DNA of 64,000 nt from a virus. Both the position numbers and the translations under genes were made by a program. Shown one piece after another: positions 57,784 through 64,000 of this stretch. The DNA is taken from positions 1 to 64,000 of the IMG/VR virus record IMGVR_UViG_3300043570_000986, one strand, 5' to 3'. The notes under the pieces are model-generated. The model was not told the origin of the DNA. It saw nothing but the letters and a program-made list of their open reading frames with translations, and searched no databases. Numbering within the stretch: position 1 is the stretch's first letter; the number at the start of each line of letters is the position of its first letter.

Positions 57784-60700
57784 ATGGCATGTTTATACTC
57801 CCACAATGGGAAAACTTATACTAAAGAAGAATTAATTGATTATTTAAAAAATAATCCTAATATTTATAATATTAAACCAGATTTTAGTAATATTAATGAA
57901 ATTATTGAACAAATAGCTAATGAACCTGAGGTCACTGAAAAAAAAGTGTTAGGCAATCAAACTATTAAGCGTTTAAACAACTTGATTCAAAATCAAATTA
58001 AAATTTTACAAAGTAGAATACTTGAGTTTGAATCAGCTAAAGAAAGAAAAGGTTATTTACCTAAAGAAGATACTATTAATAGGTTAAAAGATTTAAAAGA
58101 AAAGTTATCTACTTTAGAAAATGTAGATGCGTTTACAAATACTGCTGATTTTATTCATCAAGAATTAGGTATTGTTGAAAATTTTTTAGATAATACGTTT
58201 GATGTAAATAATGAAAATCATATTAATTTTGTTTTACAAATTAGAAAACAATTAGAATCTTATAAAGAGTTTGCTACATTTTTACCTGAAATGTCTGATT
58301 TAAATTCAGAAATTAAAAAGATTGCTAGTGAAATAGATTCTATGTATAAAAATACTCAAGAAAGAGTTGAAGAAATTCTTGAAGAATACATGATTAATTT
58401 TGTTAAAACTAATACTAAAAGAAATATTAGTAAAGAAGATATTAAGCAAATGTTAGATGAGTCTAAAGATATATCTTGGCAAGAAATGAAGATGGGTGGT
58501 TTATCTAATAGTATGGATCCACTATTACAATTATTGCAAAGACATGTTGAAAAGACTAGAGAAGAAGTTTATGAAAACACTAATAACTGGATTGCTAAAG
58601 TTAAAAATCAAATATCAAAACTTAAGAAAGCAGGAATAGATGGATTTGATTGGATGTTTCAAAAAACAAAAGATGGTAAATTAACAGGTAGAATACTACA
58701 AAGAGTTAATGAATTATATTATAAAGATAGAACTGCTATTTTTAGTATTTTAAGAGATGCTAAAGGAGATAAGAGAGAGTATATTTATAAACCAGGAGAA
58801 ACTTTATCTGAAGCTGAAAAACAACATAATTTAAAATTTTCAGAAGATAAAAAGAAAGTTGGTTCATTTTTAAGTGCTGAAACAGTTGATAATACTGGTG
58901 CTAGAGATGGTGAAAATCATAAATATTCTGATGAGTTTAAACAAGAAAGAAATAACTTTGAAAAATTAGTTAGTTATGAATCAGGATATACTGAATGGGT
59001 TAAAAAACCATTTGTACCAGGAACTAAAAAACTTAATGGTGAAGAATTGACTCAAAAAGAATATGATAGATTATATACTACATATAAAAGAAAATATTAC
59101 ACTGAACTTAAAGAAGGTTTTAGATTAAAAAGTACTTATGATAATGCAACTAAAAGTTGGGTTAGTGATGGTACTGTTGAAAGAACTGAAACTTCTAGAG
59201 TTAAACCTGAATATGTTGAAGTTGTTACTGAAATAAATGGTGCAACAACTAAATATGCAGATAAACAATATCATTCTCTAATGAATGATAATAGTCCTGC
59301 AGGTATTGCAAGAAAAGAGTTTTTTGAATTTTATAGAAATACTTCTAATGAATTATTAGATAAATTACCTTTAGCTACTAAGCAAAAAATGCAAGGTAAA
59401 ATGTTTAGAGTTAGAAGTTCTATTGCTAAAGATATTAAATCTATAGGTATATTTAATACTGTTAAAAAATCTATTAGACAATATGTTAATCCTGATGTAA
59501 TTTTTACTTCTAGAGAATTAGATGAAGAAGGAAATATGTTAGAAGATGTGCCTATTTTTTATACAGGAGAATTAAAAAGTAATAGAAAAATTGAGCAATT
59601 AACTAAGAAATTAGAAGAATTAAGAAAAGAACTTCAAACTAATGCTAAAGATAAATCCTTAGCAAATAAAATTAAGATGACTAAAAATCTTTTATTAATT
59701 GAAGAATCTAAACTTACTCCTGATGAATTAGAATTAGATATGGGTAAATCATTAATTAAAGCTGCTCAAATGGCTGAGAATTATGATTTAATGAAACAAG
59801 CTGAAGCTACATTACTTATTGCTAAAAAAGTAATTGAACAAAAAAACTTTTTTAAACTTAATGCTGCAGGGCAAAAAGAAATAATTAAAGGTATTGATTC
59901 TAATGTAAATAAAAGAATGAAAAGTTACATGACAATGATATTTTATTCTAATTCTACAGCTAATCAAGATCAAATATCTAAACTCATACAGAATTTTAAT
60001 AGTTTTGTAGCTTATAAATCCTTAGGTTTAAATCCATTTTCAGCTATTAATAATACTGTAATGGCTAAAATTAATAATAGAATAGAAGGATTTGGTAAAC
60101 AATTTGGATTTACTAATAAACATTTAAATTCTGCAATTGCAGATACTGCAGAGTATATTAGAAGTTTAAGTTATATGAAAAATTTAGGTAAAGATGAATA
60201 CTTGTTAGATCCTTCTAATAAGTTTGAAGCAATGCTTAAAAAGTTTAACTGGTTAGATAGAAATCAAATTATTGAAGATAGTTCTGCTATTAGTAAAGTG
60301 ATGTTTATGGGTATTACAGGTGGTGAATTTATTGCACAATCTAATACTGCTATTGCTAAACTTAGATCTCAAATACTTACTAATTCTAAAACTGGTGAAA
60401 AATTATCAGTTTGGGAAGCACATGAATTTATCAATGGAGAATTAAAACTTAAAGATGGTTTTGAATATTCTGCACAAGAAAAAAGAAGTATATCTGTAGA
60501 TATTAAAAACATGAATAAAATGATTCATGGTAACTACAGTGGAAATGATAAAGTTGCTATGCAAGAACATGCTTTAGGTCAATCTGCAATGCAATTTAAA
60601 AAGTGGGTATATAACTTTGCTAAATCTAGATATGGTAATACTTATTATGATGAAACTTCTGGAGATTACCAAGAAGGTAGATATAGAACTTTTAAAGATT

Positions 60701-61218
60701 TTATAATGATTTTAAAAGCTGGTGCAGCATTTGATTTTAAAACTATTAAAAATACTTTTGAATCTTTAGAAGATTATCAAAAATCTAATCTTAAAAAATT
60801 ACAAGTAGAAGCTATTTATTGGGCGACAAGTGTAGTATTAATGTTATTATTAGAAGGATTATCTAAAGGTATTGATGATGATGATGAAGAACTTAAAATG
60901 TTTGTAAACTTTTTAAGAAAACAGTCAGATAGAGTTGGTGGTGAATTAGATGCTGCAATTAATCCTAAGTCTATTGCTGCTAATATTAAAAATCCTGTAT
61001 CAGGAATAAGAGCAGCAAATGATTTTGGTGATATTTTAGTAGAGTTTATAAAACTTCCATTTAATTATGCTGGTGATTCTAAAGATTTGTATGTTCAAAA
61101 AGGATCTCACAAAGGTCAGTTAAGATTAAATAAAGAAATACAAGATATTATTCCTATTGCAAATTTAGAAAATCAATTTGACAACTTATTAACATCAGGA
61201 AATTTCTATTTTAAATAA
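57784..61218 (+). CDS. large cargo/ejection protein
   Basis: IHGNYS, MQFKKW, EGRYRT motifs; late hydrophobic helix; last gene of the operon. Confidence 0.7.
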   Translation: MACLYSHNGKTYTKEELIDYLKNNPNIYNIKPDFSNINEIIEQIANEPEVTEKKVLGNQTIKRLNNLIQNQIKILQSRILEFESAKERKGYLPKEDTINRLKDLKEKLSTLENVDAFTNTADFIHQELGIVENFLDNTFDVNNENHINFVLQIRKQLESYKEFATFLPEMSDLNSEIKKIASEIDSMYKNTQERVEEILEEYMINFVKTNTKRNISKEDIKQMLDESKDISWQEMKMGGLSNSMDPLLQLLQRHVEKTREEVYENTNNWIAKVKNQISKLKKAGIDGFDWMFQKTKDGKLTGRILQRVNELYYKDRTAIFSILRDAKGDKREYIYKPGETLSEAEKQHNLKFSEDKKKVGSFLSAETVDNTGARDGENHKYSDEFKQERNNFEKLVSYESGYTEWVKKPFVPGTKKLNGEELTQKEYDRLYTTYKRKYYTELKEGFRLKSTYDNATKSWVSDGTVERTETSRVKPEYVEVVTEINGATTKYADKQYHSLMNDNSPAGIARKEFFEFYRNTSNELLDKLPLATKQKMQGKMFRVRSSIAKDIKSIGIFNTVKKSIRQYVNPDVIFTSRELDEEGNMLEDVPIFYTGELKSNRKIEQLTKKLEELRKELQTNAKDKSLANKIKMTKNLLLIEESKLTPDELELDMGKSLIKAAQMAENYDLMKQAEATLLIAKKVIEQKNFFKLNAAGQKEIIKGIDSNVNKRMKSYMTMIFYSNSTANQDQISKLIQNFNSFVAYKSLGLNPFSAINNTVMAKINNRIEGFGKQFGFTNKHLNSAIADTAEYIRSLSYMKNLGKDEYLLDPSNKFEAMLKKFNWLDRNQIIEDSSAISKVMFMGITGGEFIAQSNTAIAKLRSQILTNSKTGEKLSVWEAHEFINGELKLKDGFEYSAQEKRSISVDIKNMNKMIHGNYSGNDKVAMQEHALGQSAMQFKKWVYNFAKSRYGNTYYDETSGDYQEGRYRTFKDFIMILKAGAAFDFKTIKNTFESLEDYQKSNLKKLQVEAIYWATSVVLMLLLEGLSKGIDDDDEELKMFVNFLRKQSDRVGGELDAAINPKSIAANIKNPVSGIRAANDFGDILVEFIKLPFNYAGDSKDLYVQKGSHKGQLRLNKEIQDIIPIANLENQFDNLLTSGNFYFK

Positions 61219-61322
61219 CCATCACTGAATAAAGACAATAAAGCCTTTCTTTTCATAGTTTGTAGCTGACTGCTACTTGTTGTGATGGTTTTCATAGTTG
61301 ATAGTTTTAGGGTTAAAAAATT

Positions 61323-61352
61323 AAACCCCTTAGTGATTGCTAAGGGGTTTTT
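61323..61352. terminator. bidirectional terminator between convergent units
   Basis: aaaccccttag-tgattg-ctaaggggttt. Confidence 0.8.
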
Positions 61353-61360
61353 AGTTTATT

Positions 61361-61555
61361 TTAATCAGGTAATTCACCTGGTTCTTTAATTCTGTTTTCA
61401 TTAATGTGTTCAAAATCTGATTCATTAAGTGTTTTTTCTAAACCACATACATACCAACTAGTACATATACCACTTAGTTTTATATGTTTTTCAAATATTG
61501 CTATTTGAAAAATACCTTCATATTTAACCCAATAATATCCTTCTTGTCTTTCCAT
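61361..61555 (-). CDS. hypothetical protein, 64 aa
   Basis: ORF track. Confidence 0.7.
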   Translation of the reverse strand: MERQEGYYWVKYEGIFQIAIFEKHIKLSGICTSWYVCGLEKTLNESDFEHINENRIKEPGELPD

Positions 61556-61950
61556 TATACTGAATCTTTAATTCTAAAAATTAATTCTTCTTTAAATAAT
61601 TCTTCATAAAAAGGATTATTTTTAGCATAATTACCATCTAATATTGCTTGAATATGATCAGAAGTCATATCTTTAATTGGACTATAGATTGTTTCAGGTA
61701 ATCTATTCATATCTTTATCATAGTTTTTACCCCATGTAAGATATTGCCTTCTAAGTTCATGTGTACCATCATCTTCTATTGAAGTATCTGTAAAATCAGA
61801 TATTTCAGTAAACATTGTTCTTTTATAATCTTTACCTCCATCTACGGCAACTTTACCACAAGTGCATTTAACAAAATCATGTCTATGTTTAGACTCTATC
61901 TCATCATTACAATGATTACATTTTATACTATTTCTTAACATTATCTTCAT
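61555..61950 (-). CDS. Zn-ribbon domain phage protein
   Basis: CNHC...HRHDFVKCTCGKVAVDGG. Confidence 0.75.
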   Translation of the reverse strand: MKIMLRNSIKCNHCNDEIESKHRHDFVKCTCGKVAVDGGKDYKRTMFTEISDFTDTSIEDDGTHELRRQYLTWGKNYDKDMNRLPETIYSPIKDMTSDHIQAILDGNYAKNNPFYEELFKEELIFRIKDSV

Positions 61951-62215
61951 ATACTTTTAAACCCCACATTAAATCTATTTGTGATATAACATTGTTAATT
62001 TTGTGAGGATTGTAATTAACTTTTGCTTTTAAAAACTTTTTTAACCAATCTAAAAATTCTTGTTTACTTTCAGGAGTATCCCAATAGTATTCAAACCAAT
62101 CTACATTGTTAATTCTAGGTTTCTTTTTAACTGATTTATAATCAGCATCAAACTCTCTTAACATGTAATCTACAACTGTAGATACAAATTCTTCACTATT
62201 TAATTTTATTTTCAT
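61928..62215 (-). CDS. hypothetical protein, 95 aa
   Basis: ORF track. Confidence 0.7.
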   Translation of the reverse strand: MKIKLNSEEFVSTVVDYMLREFDADYKSVKKKPRINNVDWFEYYWDTPESKQEFLDWLKKFLKAKVNYNPHKINNVISQIDLMWGLKVYEDNVKK

Positions 62216-62531
62216 TTAATTCTTTTTTAAGTCTTGTTAAAAATGTTTCTGGTCCATCATCACCACTCAACAGCCAATCTATTCGATGAGCATAAATATA
62301 AGCTTCTTTAAGCTTTTTTACACCTATTTTAAATTCATTAATTACTTCATCAGAATATTTGTAATAGAATTTTTCTTCAGGATATTTTTCATAATATTCA
62401 GGATCATATCCACCCCATTCTCTTAATTCTTCTTTGGTTTTTGCTCTACCACTTCTATCAATTTGTGCTTCAATTGACTCAATTATATCATTGATTCTAT
62501 GTTGTTGGTATTCAAAATGTCCTCCACTCAT
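62196..62531 (-). CDS. conserved phage protein (MSGGHFEY...RIDWLLSGDDG)
   Basis: Recurrent phage motif. Confidence 0.75.
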   Translation of the reverse strand: MSGGHFEYQQHRINDIIESIEAQIDRSGRAKTKEELREWGGYDPEYYEKYPEEKFYYKYSDEVINEFKIGVKKLKEAYIYAHRIDWLLSGDDGPETFLTRLKKELNENKIK

Positions 62532-62536
62532 GTTTT

Positions 62537-62923
62537 TTAAATTAAAGTTTTATTATTATATTGTTCTTTGCATATTTCTAATAATTTAGGATCATTAAAT
62601 TCATACATATCTGGTATATCTAAAACATAGCACTTATGTATTACATTTAATTTTTCTAATTCTTCTTTTACATGTTGATAATTTTCATTATTAACAAATA
62701 CTATTTCATCAGCCCACATTACTAAAGCTTCACTAATAGGTATTAATGCATAAGATTCTACTGTACCACAGTTCCTAACATTATATCCATATTCTTTAAT
62801 AAGCATATTTTGAAGAGTTGCAGATCTTAATAATCCTGCAGAACATACTGTTAATACTTTCTTAGTTTCTCCTTGAGAAGCATTATTAACATTGTATAAT
62901 TGATTTCTAGTTCCTTTTATCAT
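62537..62923 (-). CDS. low-molecular-weight protein-tyrosine-phosphatase-like protein
   Basis: P-loop VCSAGLLRS (CX5R) and LDIPD. Confidence 0.8.
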   Translation of the reverse strand: MIKGTRNQLYNVNNASQGETKKVLTVCSAGLLRSATLQNMLIKEYGYNVRNCGTVESYALIPISEALVMWADEIVFVNNENYQHVKEELEKLNVIHKCYVLDIPDMYEFNDPKLLEICKEQYNNKTLI

Positions 62924-62947
62924 AATTATTTTTTAATTTTAAAAATA

Positions 62948-63361
62948 CCAGGCGAAGTTAGCTTCCTGGATTAATATAAGCACTAGACATCTCTATCAAG
63001 GGATACAAATGTGGTATACTAATCTTATATAGCTACTTAGACTTACACTCGAGTTGTATCTAAGGCACTCAACTTTAAACATATTCAGAGGTTGTTGGTA
63101 CAATGTTTTTAAATAACTACAAAATATTAGGTGTAAAAAATTTAAATTACCAACTTTAAAAGTTAGAGGTTAAACTAATATATGTAGTTATTTAATGTTT
63201 TAACAGAGGGTTGTTCAGCTCAACCCATAACTTGTTTTTCTTATTAGCGATAAAGCTATGCATGGCACAAGTTAGAAAGTATAATATTGGCATATTATGT
63301 GTAAGCTCTACAATCGTGGGCCAAAATCCACCTAGTCTTCACACTTCAACCCGAGTCTGTT
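62948..63361. ncRNA. candidate cluster of structured RNAs
   Basis: No ORF; 13-bp, 8-bp and several 5-6-bp stems. Confidence 0.4.
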
Positions 63362-63392
63362 TTTATTTTATCTGTTAAATGTTAATTAATAC

Positions 63393-64000
63393 TTATAAAT
63401 CCATAGGTAATAAAATTGGTAATTTTCCTTTATTAAGTATTACTCCACAAGAAATAATAAATTTTCTAGGATTAGCTTTAGCATAATCAAATGCATATTT
63501 TCTATCATCTACTCCACAACCTACTTGCATACCATAAATTATATCATTTTTAGATACATTATAACGTATATTAGATTCTGAATGAAGATGACCTTGAACT
63601 ACAGACATTCTTCTATTTAAAGCTTTATTGTAAGCTGCATTTTGACCAGAAGTACCTGTTCCATGTGTAAACAATACATTATGTTCAGTATGTTCAATAT
63701 CAAAATTCCAACCTGGAACTTCTAAAACATCTTCTAGCCCTTTAATCCATCTTTTAGATAGTCCAGAACTAAAAGCTTTACGATTAATAATTAAATCATG
63801 ATTACCAAGACATACTCTAACTTTTGGAAATTCTTTATACATTGTTTTAAGTTGATCAATAGCATATTCTAATTCATCTCCTGCACTATGTCCATCAGGA
63901 TTAGTTTCATGAAATGATGAATATGCATTATCTACAACATCTCCAATATGAATTATTGTTCCACAATTATAGTCTTTTCTACACTTTATTAAATGTTCTA
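63393..64000 (-). CDS. calcineurin-like metallophosphoesterase, 5' end outside window
   Basis: Frame stays open beyond the track start: HIGDVVD, GNHD, THG, GHLH. Confidence 0.85.
   Translation of the reverse strand, partial: EHLIKCRKDYNCGTIIHIGDVVDNAYSSFHETNPDGHSAGDELEYAIDQLKTMYKEFPKVRVCLGNHDLIINRKAFSSGLSKRWIKGLEDVLEVPGWNFDIEHTEHNVLFTHGTGTSGQNAAYNKALNRRMSVVQGHLHSESNIRYNVSKNDIIYGMQVGCGVDDRKYAFDYAKANPRKFIISCGVILNKGKLPILLPMDL

Noticed and set aside
872-57806. Short opposite-strand or alternate-frame ORFs in the track (e.g. 872..1060, 1373..1561, 5250..5435, 7026..7304, 9687..9959, 11635..11883, 15257..15562, 29478..29723, 54057..54281)
   Set aside because: They overlap better-supported genes or repeats and show no protein-like motifs; treated as shadow ORFs.
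7446-61218. Stop-codon reassignment as in some crAss-like phages
   Set aside because: Code-11 ORFs are long and tightly packed (up to 4215 aa), and TAG and TGA both serve as real stops.

Overview
AT-rich 64-kb segment of a crAss-like (Crassvirales-type) podovirus of a Bacteroidota host, read in the standard genetic code. From 7.4 to 61.2 kb on the + strand lies the late/virion module: IHF-like and Zn-finger genes, a GIY-YIG homing endonuclease, TerL, portal, ferritin, a LysM/YkuD/SLT-like cell-wall enzyme, scaffold, major capsid, ring/hub/fibre proteins, lysis genes, muzzle, cargo proteins and a single-chain 4215-aa virion RNA polymerase (DFDID motif plus zincin HEAFH). Both flanks are minus-strand accessory regions. 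Most notable: (1) a 3.6-kb array of about 14 tiny genes joined by two recurring start-associated junction repeats, with chimeric paralogues that suggest cassette or domain shuffling; (2) four non-coding, densely base-paired regions (about 4.1-4.45 kb including an aberrant tRNA, 6.05-6.59 kb, 8.2-8.53 kb with its own promoter, and 62.95-63.36 kb); (3) a recurring (K)[FY]xxGG motif shared by putative capsid-internal proteins; (4) repeat-bounded variable modules inside the vRNAP; (5) TTTG-N20-TAnnTTT[G/A] promoters, two of which appear to drive leaderless mRNAs. All functional calls come from motifs and synteny by eye; no searches were run.
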